DNA of 64,000 nucleotides, taken from NCBI GenBank assembly GCA_965237525.1, contig CBDEFO010000008.1:704001-768000 (forward strand), read 5' to 3'. Below the pieces are notes generated by a model. It searched no databases. It saw only the letters and a program-made list of their open reading frames with translations, and was not told the DNA's origin. Positions 48,698-59,765 of this stretch are shown here, piece by piece. The translations under genes were made by a program, and so were the position numbers. How positions within the stretch are numbered: position 1 is the stretch's first letter; each line of letters begins with the position of its first letter. Origin of the DNA: Candidatus Latescibacterota bacterium. Its GTDB lineage: Bacteria; Latescibacterota; CBDEFO01.

Positions 48698-50032
48698 AAG
48701 CCTTGTGAAATAGTTATGTCCCAGGCAGCGTGAAGCGCCGAATGGGTCAAAGAGTAGCATATCGTATCCTGTGGAATAAGCAAAATAGTCTTATCATCAG
48801 CAAGGAATAGGAGCTGTTTGAAGAACAGGATGCACTGTCTTTGACAGACAGGGCACACATAGACGCTTTCCCCCTTCTTATTACAAGCCTCTTGAGATTC
48901 TGTACTGTTGCAACAAGATTCAACTGAAGTGAGGCTGGTCCTCTATCGGGCTCGTCCCATACCGTGTTGTTGCCTGGCCAGCAAAGATATGTTCACTGCG
49001 TTTACGGAGTCTCCGGGAGAGTTTGTGTCAGCTGTTAATGAGATAGACCGTGCAATTTCTGGCTTTCGCCTCTCGATCCCGTTCGGCCTGCTGGATTTGT
49101 CTTGTTTTTCCATGTAGGAATCGGTTCAATCTTCTCATCGGCTCGCAGAGGAATATGGGGTATGATTCCCCGGTCAAGTACATCAGCGATAAAATAGAAG
49201 TAACCGGTATGCACTAAGTGTCATGTCTTTGGGCATGGGTATGTTTAGATCTTAAGGGCACTTTCGGGCTCTGCTGTCCCTGTCGCCTCGGGCAAGGGTT
49301 AGTCGATCAGATCATGGCCCATAAACATCGATTTGCTGTATAAGCGCGCGTCGGGGTCTGTAGTCGAACGGTGTGTTTGGTTCGTCCACTTTTCCTTTAT
49401 CCTGAGGATGGACCTAATCACCTTCAAAACCGATTCCCTTGAGATAATCATCAAGAGAAACAGGGGGTTCTATCGGCTCAATACTTTTCACTGAAGCATC
49501 AGCTTGTATCTGAGTGCCGTCGACACTAAGGTGTTTACCGCTCACAAGACCAACATCTATGCAACACTGGACTACCTGATGCATTATCCGTTCAAACAAC
49601 CCACTGGATGCCCACTTGGATTGCGAAGCTTGTTGATCGTGCTCCGATCCGGAACCGCATCCTCAAATGCCTGATCAACCGATATGCCGCATGCATTTTA
49701 ACTTCCTGACAAAGACTATTCTCACTCAAATTATACAGATAGCCAACAAGGATCATTCGAACAACTAATTCAGGATCAATACCGGGTCTGCCATTGTCAG
49801 GGCAATAACAATCTGATACAACGTCTCGTACAAATGAAAAATCAACTGCCTCATCAATCTGACGAAGGATATGATCCTCGGGAACTAAATCCTTTGAAAA
49901 TAGTGAAACATCGGATTTGTCTGTTCCTGCTTTCGTGGGGTCATTGTTTCCTCCTATCAATAACATAATATAATACATCGGAGCTGCTTTATCAATGCTT
50001 GTTTTATACTATTTTCTGAATCCACAAGGCTT
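48698..50032 (-). mobile_element. Degenerate copy of the same IS1182-like element, with many short deletions
   Basis: Both IR ends are retained (aagccttgtgaaatag / cacaaggctt) with TTAG/TTAA flanks. Transposase fragments 49414..49599 and 49592..49978 match 25449..26849. Confidence 0.85.
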
Positions 50033-50187
50033 TTAATGACGATTACGTTTGAAAATCTATCCTGTCGGCAAGCCCATTGCCAAGAATTGAAATTCTAGCA
50101 GAAATCACCTGCCCCATCAACGCTTCCCTGCGGAGGCAATCCCCGATAAACTCATTCGAGGACAAATCTCGGTTATAGCAGACCGTT

Positions 50188-50235
50188 TGTAGGGGCTGGG
50201 TTAGAGTCCTCGGGCGAGTGAACCTCGCCCCTACA
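50188..50235. repeat. GTAG-type REP-like palindrome
   Basis: tgtaggggctggg...ctcgcccctaca. Related half-sites at ~17221, ~39101 and ~39220. Confidence 0.55.
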
Positions 50236-50237
50236 TT

Positions 50238-50481
50238 TTACGGTGATAATCCTGCAATATCGCCTCTATTGCAGGAAGGTGCGCAGGGTAACCCCCTACT
50301 CAAAGGGGCATATTTGGATCTCCTAAAGTAGCCGAGGAGACTTCTTCTGGGCACGAGGTACTGTTTCCCTGGCCTGTAGGCTGTTACCAATCCGTAGTGT
50401 ATCAATTGACGCAGGTAGCCTTTCTGAGCACCTTAAGAACTTGGCTGCCTCTTTGACTGTAAGCATGTCCTGGTTATCCAT
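50238..50481 (-). pseudogene. Excisionase-like helix-turn-helix DNA-binding protein with a +1 frameshift
   Basis: MDNQDMLTVKEAAKFLRCSE/GYLRQLIHYGLVTAYRPGKQYLVPRRSL after removing one A near 50422. RBS AAGGAGG. Confidence 0.7.
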
Positions 50482-50912
50482 CTTTTCCTCCTTTTGAATA
50501 CGCGAGTTTCTCTTTCGTCATCGGTTATAACTTTATCGTTTTTTTGCCGAGTAAGTTGTGACATAGGTGACATTACAAAGAAAAGACACAACAAGGCTGT
50601 CCGATGTCAATCGTAACAGTGCAGAGGTTTGTCTATCAGGATAGTTAGGATAGTTTGCAGTAAAGTTTTCTATATTAGAAAAAAATATTTTTTTAGAAAG
50701 TTATGGGTAAACCCTCCTAACTATCCTGCAAAAGACCCAGCCCTATGTAGTAGATGTTCCCACCGACCCTTTTTTTGACAAACCTTTCTTCCATACGTCT
50801 TCCAAACCTTGTACTGTTTGCCGGCCTGTGTCCGTTTTCTTCGCACCATTGTGTGAAATCTTTGTATAGCGGTCCTGCCTGTGCCTTTTGCTCCGGGCCT
50901 CCAGGGATCCGT

Positions 50913-51099
50913 CATAGACGTGTCGGCGCGGCTGAGGCTCTTTCCATCCTGACGCTTTAACGTGTTCGGCTTCGGCTAGTCCCGACCATGAGCAGGGGAT
51001 GCCGTTGACACGCACCTCCAGCGGCTGATCGTGGTCATGCATGTCGTCGAGAATCAGAAAGCCCTGAACATCAACGAGGTAGATTTCCAGTTCAGTCAT
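50913..51099 (-). pseudogene. Chimeric remnant: PhyH-dioxygenase-like N-terminus joined to a DUF187-GH C-terminal fragment
   Basis: MTELEIYLVDVQGFLILDD followed by DQPLEVRVNGIPCSWSGLAEAEHVKASGWKEPQPRRHVYD. Confidence 0.5.
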
Positions 51100-51543
51100 G
51101 TTATTTCCTGTGAGGGCATACTCCTACCCCGCGTCCACCCAGAACGGCGAGGACCACGCCAACAAGGTGAACTTGGCCAAGACGTTGCTCAGACATGCTA
51201 TCTTGTCTGCTTTGAAAGCTTGATAGTGCCGAAAGGAAGTAGCAATGGTGCAAGCAATATGCCAGTATCTCAGGGCGAAGGCGTTATATCGTTCCGGCAG
51301 AAAGGTCGCCCCTGTACCTGACAGAGACGAGGCCGGCAACTCAATATTGGTGTCTCAAGACGATTCTGGTCGTCGGCCCTGATAACGACTCTGTGTGCAC
51401 GGAGGACTGCGGGCCAGATAAGAGGATGCTACGAATTGGGAGGTCAGGCTTACTACTGAGGGTTCTATCACCAGGCGGGCCTTCGATCTGGACACGATTT
51501 CATTTTTTGTGCAGGCTTGCAGTGAATCCTTGCACAAGATCTC

Positions 51544-52047
51544 TTAAAGTACTTGAATGGAGTCCCCTACACGTATGACTCCGGACTTCACTACACGGGC
51601 ACAGATACCGCCTCGCGTCCGTCCCAGGGCTTTCGTCATACCTTTCTGGGTAATCCCCTGAATGTAGCTGCACGGTGGGCGGGGACAATCATATTCCAGT
51701 ACGGCCTCTCCGACGGCAAATTGCTTACCCCTGAGCTTCTCAAGGCGAACACACTGCGTGACAATGTTGCGTCGGTGTTGACCGTTGGCAATCTGAATAT
51801 CGCTCTCCTTCCTAATCGATTCGATATCTTCCTTTTCGATCAAAGTAACCTGGCATTCATCGACCCCAGACCAGTATCCCGTCCGTCTCATATAGCGATC
51901 CCCATAGAGGCCACAGTCGACCACGGCTTCAACCTGCTCCACCCTTTCCATAGGGTCGCCGCCATTGGGGGCAATATAGATCTCCTCAACGACGCTATTC
52001 ATACCTAAATTGCCTGCGAGCGCTTGGGTCACAGTTAGCAGCGCCAT
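51544..52047 (-). CDS. MOSC domain-containing protein
   Basis: GLYGDRY, QVTLIE, RRNIVT, PRPPCSYI, GGICARVVKSGVIRVGD. Confidence 0.9.
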   Translation of the reverse strand: MALLTVTQALAGNLGMNSVVEEIYIAPNGGDPMERVEQVEAVVDCGLYGDRYMRRTGYWSGVDECQVTLIEKEDIESIRKESDIQIANGQHRRNIVTQCVRLEKLRGKQFAVGEAVLEYDCPRPPCSYIQGITQKGMTKALGRTRGGICARVVKSGVIRVGDSIQVL

Positions 52048-52078
52048 TCACCTAAAGATCTCCCAGATTTTCTAGAGC

Positions 52079-54310
52079 TCACTTTGTGGACTGCAAGTGG
52101 TACAGCCGTGCTGTGAAGGTCCGCTTCAGGGTTGCCCCGAACGATCGTTCCTTTGCGTCCAGGCGTGCGACGACTTGCTCGGTGAACAGGTCGGTGACTT
52201 CCAACACTGCCTCGCCGGGCACCGACACCTTCACGCGGCCGGGGTTCGGTGAGTAGTCCGACACGAGCAAGACGCTTTCGTCGTCTTTCACTCTGGCCAA
52301 CAGGTTCACCGAGTCCGTGTCGCTCGTGTAGCCGTCCTGAACCGCGCCGTCCAGGATTATGTCTTCCACGGGGGAGAACATCTTGATGGCCTCGGCCATA
52401 TCTACCATGTGACCGGTGTCAGTCCCTATGTGATAGCACCAGACGTGGACCCCTTGCGAACCGCCCATGACTACTTCGAGTACCTGGGAGCGCGCGTCAC
52501 CAGGTGGGCTTCCCAGGTATCCCGGAGAGATAGTGAATAAGAGTTTCACGCCGGCCTGGGGCGCCAATCTGGCCACGTTCTCCCGCAATACGCGCGCGCT
52601 TGAGTAGTCCATGTTAGCTACATAATCCAGAGCCTCTGCCAGAGCCTTGTTTGAATGCAGGCCGATGACTGGCCCGCCGCCTATGTAAGCCTGCACCCAC
52701 GGATACGGAGTCGTTTTCACCCGGGTCTCCTTGAGGGCTTCAAAGAACGCTTGCCGGATCAGGGAATATTTCTCGGCGACCAGGTAACCGCGGAAAAGAA
52801 GCCACGCATCGTAGTGCCCGTGATATTTGTGCGGCTGCCTGGCGAAGGTCTTCGGACTGACCTTCTCCAAATTGGGTTCATGCTCAGCGAGCCACTGTTC
52901 CCAACGTTTCATGCAACGGTCATCAAAGCAGATGATTGGACTTTCGTTGCCTCTCATGGCGTACCACTCGTCGTCCAGGGACAGGGCGGAGGCGTATCGG
53001 GCAGATTCTTTCGCGTTGGCGAGCTGAAGGGTGAAAGCTGCACCTCGGTAGGATGGGCACATAAGTTTAGCGTGTTTTCCATTTAGCCTAACCGCGCGGG
53101 CATCAGGGTACTTTTCGGCATCGAAGTCCCAGTTCGGTGACCATTGGTTGGCGCTGGATATCCCCTCGGCGTAATACGGTCGAACATCACTGCGTCCCCA
53201 TACTTCCATACGGGTGAAGCCGAAGCGTTTTAGGTCGCGCACCATGGCCCCTCGTCCACCTTCCCAGTTGTTGAAAGTCTCCGGAGCCACGGTGATCATC
53301 GTGACCGCTCTTTTCGGCGGGGTTACCTGCGGCGGCTCGACCCCCTGGAAGTAGATCGGCATCGGGAGCTGAGAGCCACCGTGCCATTCGTACTGGACGT
53401 ATCCGACTGCCAACTCGCCCGCTTCCAGGTCGCTGTCGATCACCATCTCGCACTTGCCAGGCGGCAGCTCAACGTGCATGCTCCCGTCGGAAAGATCGGT
53501 CACTTTGGGGGTTATTGCCCTCCACTGCACTTTGCGGAAGCGAATGCCGGGCGGCAGCCACAACGAGATCCGTCCCTCCGGGTCTGGGGTTGGGTTAAAG
53601 CGACCCCAGATTTCGAAAGAGTTAGGATAGTTGCGAGCCACCCTGGCGAAGTTGCGTTTATGGAAGGCGTACCCACGCGGACCTTGATCGCCTTTAGGCT
53701 CCCAAGGGATAAGGTGGTGCTCGTAAGGGGTAGATGCCGGATGATGAGTCTGCCAGAGCGCCCGGGTGGCCTCAAGCATGCTACATTCGCGGACCACAGG
53801 TTCAGTGAATAGCATCTCACCGCTCCAGCCTCGGCCTCCCAACTTCAATGTCAGACGATCTGAATCAGTTGCGTGTTCGATCAATCGCAGCTGGTGCCAC
53901 TCCGCCTTCGGCAATTCCCATGCGTCATCAAAATTATTTCTCCCACTTACACCGCGGCCTCCCTGCAGCATAAGATACGGGGCAAAACCGAGGTTACGCA
54001 TCCCCGCGCTGTTGACCCACACCTCCGCTACGTACCAGCGCCAGGGTCGAACGGGGATCTCCTGGATGATGTAAGATTCGCCCAGTTCGTCGTTGTAGAT
54101 GCGTATAGCCCGACTTTCGGGCCTGCGACCCTTGACAACGGTGCATTCACTCTTCTGGTCCTCGGCCAAATCCATCAGCCAGCCGAAATTCTTCTCGCCG
54201 GGCTCGCCCTGGCGCAAGTCGCTGTTTACCAACAAGTTATCTGGAGTATATGCAGAAGAGTTCAGAGCAACCGACATAATCAGAATAGTACACGAGACTA
54301 CAAATCTCAT
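52079..54310 (-). CDS. Secreted CBM + TIM-barrel glycoside hydrolase-like protein, divergent copy G6
   Basis: 743 aa with the same architecture and motifs as G1-G5 (VRPWRWYVAEVWV, LDDE, ICFDDRC, SPPGDARSQVLE). Confidence 0.75.
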   Translation of the reverse strand: MRFVVSCTILIMSVALNSSAYTPDNLLVNSDLRQGEPGEKNFGWLMDLAEDQKSECTVVKGRRPESRAIRIYNDELGESYIIQEIPVRPWRWYVAEVWVNSAGMRNLGFAPYLMLQGGRGVSGRNNFDDAWELPKAEWHQLRLIEHATDSDRLTLKLGGRGWSGEMLFTEPVVRECSMLEATRALWQTHHPASTPYEHHLIPWEPKGDQGPRGYAFHKRNFARVARNYPNSFEIWGRFNPTPDPEGRISLWLPPGIRFRKVQWRAITPKVTDLSDGSMHVELPPGKCEMVIDSDLEAGELAVGYVQYEWHGGSQLPMPIYFQGVEPPQVTPPKRAVTMITVAPETFNNWEGGRGAMVRDLKRFGFTRMEVWGRSDVRPYYAEGISSANQWSPNWDFDAEKYPDARAVRLNGKHAKLMCPSYRGAAFTLQLANAKESARYASALSLDDEWYAMRGNESPIICFDDRCMKRWEQWLAEHEPNLEKVSPKTFARQPHKYHGHYDAWLLFRGYLVAEKYSLIRQAFFEALKETRVKTTPYPWVQAYIGGGPVIGLHSNKALAEALDYVANMDYSSARVLRENVARLAPQAGVKLLFTISPGYLGSPPGDARSQVLEVVMGGSQGVHVWCYHIGTDTGHMVDMAEAIKMFSPVEDIILDGAVQDGYTSDTDSVNLLARVKDDESVLLVSDYSPNPGRVKVSVPGEAVLEVTDLFTEQVVARLDAKERSFGATLKRTFTARLYHLQSTK

Positions 54311-54594
54311 TTTCAGAATTCCCTTTTGGGATTGATATTAACTGTTGTGGAATAACCACTAATCCCCGATACTTTGCTCCACCTCCTCATCCGTTGGGGA
54401 GTATAGGATGGACTACGATCTCTTTAAAGGAGGAATATTCATCCATAAGAGCTGGCTGCCATGAATCCCTTATGCAAACTTTCACTAACATACACCTGAT
54501 TTGGATACTGCTATCTATCTAATTTATGTGGATATAACGATTCCCTACCACTTTGAAGGGGGCAATTCTTGCTTGACCACCTGCACTAATGTAA

Positions 54595-56772
54595 TTAATA
54601 GACGACAGAGACAGTCCCTGTCGCCGTCTCCTCCTCTTCCTGAGCCTCTACCGATATGCGATAGACATATATCCCCGGCGGAACAAGATTATCCTTGTCG
54701 TCTCCCCCATCCCAATGCCGGGTATATTGTCCTACGGAGTCGTTCCCAGAATAGACTGTCTTTATAAAGACACCGGAAAGATCGTATATATCGATTGAGA
54801 CAGGAACAGAGGCAGTCAGCCTCACAATGGTATAAGATATGTTCAGTACATCATTGACACCGTCGCCATTGGGTGTAAAGGGATTTGGAGAGACCTCTGG
54901 TGAGGACAATATCGATTCGGCCAAAGACGTTATCACCGTAAGGACATCGCTTTCGATCTCATCGGCCACGTTGCCAGGCTTGATCCTCTGACGAACTTCG
55001 TGAGGGTTTGCGCTGTCGAACACCCTGCCGTCAAAAAAGGTCCCGCGCTCCCTCAAAACAGGAGCTTGGAAGACTACTTCAACTGTGACTCCGCTGTCCC
55101 GTGTATCCAACTTTCTGGGTAATGTGACCTCAAAGCCTGAGCCGTCCTCCTTTATCGTCGTGTTGAAGGCGTCCTGATTGATTTCATCTACTCGAAGCGA
55201 ATCCACCGAAGTAACCCCATAAGGTGTGGTGATCTCCACGCTGTCGAATCCTTTATCCACAGCTGCCATCGTTGCAGTGACAAAATAGGTAAACTTATGT
55301 GATACCTTGCCTATCTCGACTTCTGCAGGGAAGATCTCACCTACTATCTCTCGAGCCGCAGGAGGCACAGAGGCCTTAAACTGTAAATACTCGATCCGGC
55401 TGCCATCGTTACCTTCGGAGGTAAAATCCACGCCGATCTGAAAGAATTTGCGGGGACCAGGAGAGGCGATAGCTTCTCCCGGACTTTCAAACTTGTAAGG
55501 AGCAGACCAGAAGCTCCAGTTTTCCGTATCGTAAGTCACTGGACCCTTAACACTACCAGGGAGTTTGTCGTACTCACTTTTGTACTCCTTTGAGCTGAGG
55601 TCTTTTCCCCCCTTTTCGGGAGGCAAAACTACCGGCGTTTGCTGCTCAGGGTTGATTCTCCAGTAGACGTCCGGATGACGATCTGTCCCGCTCCTGGTTC
55701 GGATCCTAGCCTCGGCCTTGGGATCACTACTGCCAGACCAGGTGATCTCGCCGAAACTGGCGATGTCGTCCAACTCAATTATCTCAGCTATAAAAAAGGC
55801 TTCATCTACAAAGCCCTCTCCCAAGACCTCAAACTCGGCGATCTCTATCGTCTTCCCAAGGGTATAGATCAACAACGCGACATAAGAGATTTTCTCCGGC
55901 GGATCAAGCGGTATTATAACTTCAGGAAATAGATTTTCAACTGGCTCATGAGCTGCAGAGGGGCCAGATACACGTTCAGTTTGACCACGAGTGCCTGGGT
56001 GTTTGTACTTGGCAAACTGTCGGAAGCTCGGGATGTAACCTGTTCCTCGACACAAGTGGGACTCGAGGAAATCCTCCGGGCGGCCAAGGCTGGTGCCCAA
56101 TTCGTAGTCCTCTATGAAGTGAGTCTCATATTCCTCACCCTCAGGGGATATTCCTTCACGAGTGTGGAATCTTACTTTATTGACGACAAATAGTCCGCCT
56201 AAGTTAATAACTATCCGGTAAGGCGCATTATGACATCTTGCGCCAGTTCTTAGCTCCCCAGGGCGCGGCGGCCAAGGCCAGACAAAAGCCGTGGTAGGAT
56301 CCCCATCTATCATGTTATTCCCAATGTTGCCTTCGATTCCATATGCCTCATTGTTGCCTAGACTCTCACTGCCTTGGGTACCGTTGGCTATCCATCCACC
56401 TCTGTCCAGAGCCGTTGCGGCTATGCTCTCACCCTCCCTGATAAACTTGGGTTGAATTGAACCGGCATCCGCCGCCTTCAGGGAGTTCACATCCAGATTC
56501 GCCACCGACTCATAATTCAGCCAGCTGATCTCCTTGAAAGCGAGCCCTATCTCCTGGAGACTGTCCCTTTCTGCAGGCGAAAAGGGCTTCCCGATTCTAT
56601 AGATAATCGCAGAAGAGGCGTCATCTAAAAAGATGGCGCTGACCATCAAAGCAAGCGGAATCAATCCTGCCAGCCTACATAAAATACTACCCATTCTTGC
56701 GCACCAAGACATTTTTATCACCCCATTGGAGATTAATCGGTCTGACTTCCCGTGATTAACGGAGTTTGACAC
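54595..56772 (-). CDS. Secreted FlgD-Ig/CHU_C-like C-terminal-domain protein, B-type (second cluster)
   Basis: Signal region, MIDGDPTTAF, RTRSG...WSAPY...SPGPRKFFQ, PNPFTPNGDGVND. Confidence 0.85.
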   Translation of the reverse strand: MSNSVNHGKSDRLISNGVIKMSWCARMGSILCRLAGLIPLALMVSAIFLDDASSAIIYRIGKPFSPAERDSLQEIGLAFKEISWLNYESVANLDVNSLKAADAGSIQPKFIREGESIAATALDRGGWIANGTQGSESLGNNEAYGIEGNIGNNMIDGDPTTAFVWPWPPRPGELRTGARCHNAPYRIVINLGGLFVVNKVRFHTREGISPEGEEYETHFIEDYELGTSLGRPEDFLESHLCRGTGYIPSFRQFAKYKHPGTRGQTERVSGPSAAHEPVENLFPEVIIPLDPPEKISYVALLIYTLGKTIEIAEFEVLGEGFVDEAFFIAEIIELDDIASFGEITWSGSSDPKAEARIRTRSGTDRHPDVYWRINPEQQTPVVLPPEKGGKDLSSKEYKSEYDKLPGSVKGPVTYDTENWSFWSAPYKFESPGEAIASPGPRKFFQIGVDFTSEGNDGSRIEYLQFKASVPPAAREIVGEIFPAEVEIGKVSHKFTYFVTATMAAVDKGFDSVEITTPYGVTSVDSLRVDEINQDAFNTTIKEDGSGFEVTLPRKLDTRDSGVTVEVVFQAPVLRERGTFFDGRVFDSANPHEVRQRIKPGNVADEIESDVLTVITSLAESILSSPEVSPNPFTPNGDGVNDVLNISYTIVRLTASVPVSIDIYDLSGVFIKTVYSGNDSVGQYTRHWDGGDDKDNLVPPGIYVYRISVEAQEEEETATGTVSVVY

Positions 56773-57020
56773 CAGGGTTCCCTCCCTTCAGGTAAAAGCC
56801 CAGTATCGCATCAAAATAGTATGCACAAGTTTATAGGGATCCTAAATAGCAGGCAATACACAGGGAGAGGCAACCTAAGTCAGATTGCTTCGCCCACTTC
56901 GCGGTTTGCTGGCACTTCGTCCCCCAGCAAAAAGGGGTCGCAGCAGTGTAAGAGATGCCCACGCCGCGAATGCCCGATTGCATCCCCGATTGAGCCTATT
57001 GGGGAGCGGGGGCTACTTGT

Positions 57021-59765
57021 TTAATATGCAACCTGCACTAACCGGCTGACTGAAGTATCTTCAGCAGAATCTGAATCGGTGTCAACATTAATCCTTATAA
57101 CATATATACCAGGAGTGACTAACCCTCCTGACTTATCAACGCCATCCCAGATCACTGCATCGTCTTTTTTATATGCCCCCGAAGAAAGAGAGTCATTCAG
57201 CAACTCAACAACTATATTGCCGCTAAGATCGTATATCTGCACCTGCACAGGAGTTGATAACCCCACACGCAACAGTAAAAAGCTTATCGACGTCTTATCG
57301 TTGATCCCGTCTCCATTGGGTGTAATTATCTTAGGATCTACCTCAATAGCATCTAATATCTTATTCCCCTCAAGGGCTAATACTACTGTCTTTTCGCTGT
57401 CTGTAACGCCATTAGCATCACCATCGTCCGTCCTCTGCCAGGAACCCTCTACGGATGAATTGCCTATAGAACCATCGAAAAATGTGCTGAATCCGAATAA
57501 CTGCGCTTCAAACTTGACCTCCAATAGAACATTACCTGTAGTCGTCTTTATACGACCCGGCAGCCGAACCCACAGTGAATCGGACTCAGGTCTGGATAAA
57601 ACCTCAAAACCTTCGCTTTCATCTGTATAACTTTCATCAGGTTCCCTCAGATCGCCATCTATGATCATGTCTTCAATGCTTTCATCCTCCCACTTATTGA
57701 CCTGCTTAAAGTTCATCCTGACTCCAGAAGGCGCCTCGATAAGGATCTCATCCAACCCTTTGCTCCTAAAATCAAACGTGGGGCGGATGAAAAAGGACAG
57801 TTCCTGCTTAATGCCTATCGAATCCAGACGGGAAGGTGTTACCTCTCCGATCACAGCTCTGGCAACGGGGTCACCTGCCAAGAAATTGAGCCTCACTGAA
57901 CGCAAAGTAGCAAATCGAAAAGGATCGTCCGTCAGAAAGGTAGCTCGGATCATTGCGTATTTTCTGGGACTGGGAGATCTGAACCTGTCCCCCGAACGCA
58001 CATAGGGCTCACTCCAGCCGCTCCAATCACTTCCTGCGAGTGTCTCTTCAACTATATCCCCCTCATCAAAACTGAAAAGCTGGTTATATGCTTTTTCTGC
58101 TTGTTCCTCGTTCCCCGGGTGCAATTCTCTGCCTCTGGGATTGCCCCCTACCTTCTTGAAGTAGTGTTTTATCTGCTCGACCGTATCACCTGTCTTTGTC
58201 TGAATAAGCACATCTGTGCCTTCAGGCGTATCTGCATCCCACTCTATCGACGTCAGATTCTTTATCCCCGGCAGCTCAAAGAAGGGGGATCTCCCTTCAA
58301 AGATAGATACGATCTGGGTCTCCGGCAGATAGCCCTCTCCGAATAATTGAATCTCCTTTATTCCGGCACGTCCTCCCCCTCCACTTACCCCAACCAGATT
58401 CCAGATAAGGGAGAAGAATTTAGCTTTGGAAGCCTCAAATTTGAGGTCGTGATATTTTGTTGCAACTAACGGGGTTTCGGTGGAACTCACTTCCGCCACA
58501 ATCTTCCAGGCTAGGCTCCCGTCAGGAGTCCTGGAACCGTCCGACACCCTCATCGCGTAATTTCTGTCAAGCGTGCCCTGACCGAACACCCCCCCTAAAT
58601 CCGTAATCATCCGAACGTTATCTAAAAAGAAGGTACCTCCAAGATCCATAAGTAACTCGCGCTCAACTTGCAAATTATCCGGCGCTGGGTCGTTCTTATA
58701 TTGATTCGCAATGTTGTACGCCGGGTTGACTTTACCATCCACTACATTCGCTTCATTTGGGGCTTCAGTGCTCTCTAAAGTGCCGCCGCGATCTATTATG
58801 CCCAAAGCGATGTTATCGCCAATTGACCACACCTCAACCTCCGCCAACCTCGGCAACTCCCGACGGTAGTGGACTGCAGGCCCTCGTTTGCTCGTATCCT
58901 CTATAGCCTCCCAATACTCTAAGCCTTCAACCAATCTCAACCTGCCTGTTGACGTTCGTCTGAAGTAGTCTATATCTCCCTGTTCGTCAGGCTCCAGACT
59001 CTCATATCCAGATTCGGTGACCCGCTGCCCCCTACCGTATCTGCTATCTGTTATTACCACGACCAAATATCTGATAACATCACCCGTGAAATCCCCGAGT
59101 ACATCTGGAAAATCAGTGGGCGTCAGAGGAGTCATATCCACCTCAAAGACCCTCTCATCCAGGTTAGGCGTGTCCGTACCCAAGACCTTTCTGAATCTAA
59201 GCAGGTCACTCCGACCAGGGAACGGCTCCCCCTGAGCCGTTAGGACCTTAAACTGCAAAAATGGATCTCCAATATCCTCCCCCACGAACCTGAGAACGAT
59301 CTTGGTGGCAGATATAAGCCGCCCCAGATCTATCCGCACCCACCAATTCTCTATAGGGTCATCCATGTCGGGCTCCCAGAAGGTGTCCATTTCGCCATCC
59401 ATAAGGTCGGCGGCGATTGAGGCGTTTGAACCTGCCGCCGAGATCCCTCCTCCAAACTCAGACGCATTTGTGATAGTGTCTATGCCGGGAACCCTCACCA
59501 TCTGACCATCTACCTCGATTTCTGTGCTCTTGCGCATGAACCCAGGTCTTACTCCCTCATCGGTGACCTGGATCGTCTTTGCAGCAGCCTTCCAGAATAA
59601 CCATTGCTCCTTCGAATCTATGACGACCCTGTTGCCGCCCACGATCGAATATCCCTGACGCTCCACACGAACCTGAGCCTGCACACGAACAGGAAATAGC
59701 AAAAGTACCAAACTCATCATAAGAACAGCTTCGCAAGCACAACGTATAGTTCTAAGATCTCTCAC
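57021..59765 (-). CDS. Secreted FlgD-Ig/CHU_C-like C-terminal-domain protein, A-type (second cluster)
   Basis: 914 aa. GDPFLQFKVL, YRRELPRLAEVEVW and WEADTP-like motifs shared with A1/A2. ITPNGDGIND. RBS AGGAGG. Confidence 0.85.
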   Translation of the reverse strand: MRDLRTIRCACEAVLMMSLVLLLFPVRVQAQVRVERQGYSIVGGNRVVIDSKEQWLFWKAAAKTIQVTDEGVRPGFMRKSTEIEVDGQMVRVPGIDTITNASEFGGGISAAGSNASIAADLMDGEMDTFWEPDMDDPIENWWVRIDLGRLISATKIVLRFVGEDIGDPFLQFKVLTAQGEPFPGRSDLLRFRKVLGTDTPNLDERVFEVDMTPLTPTDFPDVLGDFTGDVIRYLVVVITDSRYGRGQRVTESGYESLEPDEQGDIDYFRRTSTGRLRLVEGLEYWEAIEDTSKRGPAVHYRRELPRLAEVEVWSIGDNIALGIIDRGGTLESTEAPNEANVVDGKVNPAYNIANQYKNDPAPDNLQVERELLMDLGGTFFLDNVRMITDLGGVFGQGTLDRNYAMRVSDGSRTPDGSLAWKIVAEVSSTETPLVATKYHDLKFEASKAKFFSLIWNLVGVSGGGGRAGIKEIQLFGEGYLPETQIVSIFEGRSPFFELPGIKNLTSIEWDADTPEGTDVLIQTKTGDTVEQIKHYFKKVGGNPRGRELHPGNEEQAEKAYNQLFSFDEGDIVEETLAGSDWSGWSEPYVRSGDRFRSPSPRKYAMIRATFLTDDPFRFATLRSVRLNFLAGDPVARAVIGEVTPSRLDSIGIKQELSFFIRPTFDFRSKGLDEILIEAPSGVRMNFKQVNKWEDESIEDMIIDGDLREPDESYTDESEGFEVLSRPESDSLWVRLPGRIKTTTGNVLLEVKFEAQLFGFSTFFDGSIGNSSVEGSWQRTDDGDANGVTDSEKTVVLALEGNKILDAIEVDPKIITPNGDGINDKTSISFLLLRVGLSTPVQVQIYDLSGNIVVELLNDSLSSGAYKKDDAVIWDGVDKSGGLVTPGIYVIRINVDTDSDSAEDTSVSRLVQVAY

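Noticed and set aside
26903..54400. Composite transposon or att-bounded integrative element
   Set aside because: Each IS copy has its own TTAA-type target duplication, indicating independent insertions. No integrase, tRNA or att repeat was found.
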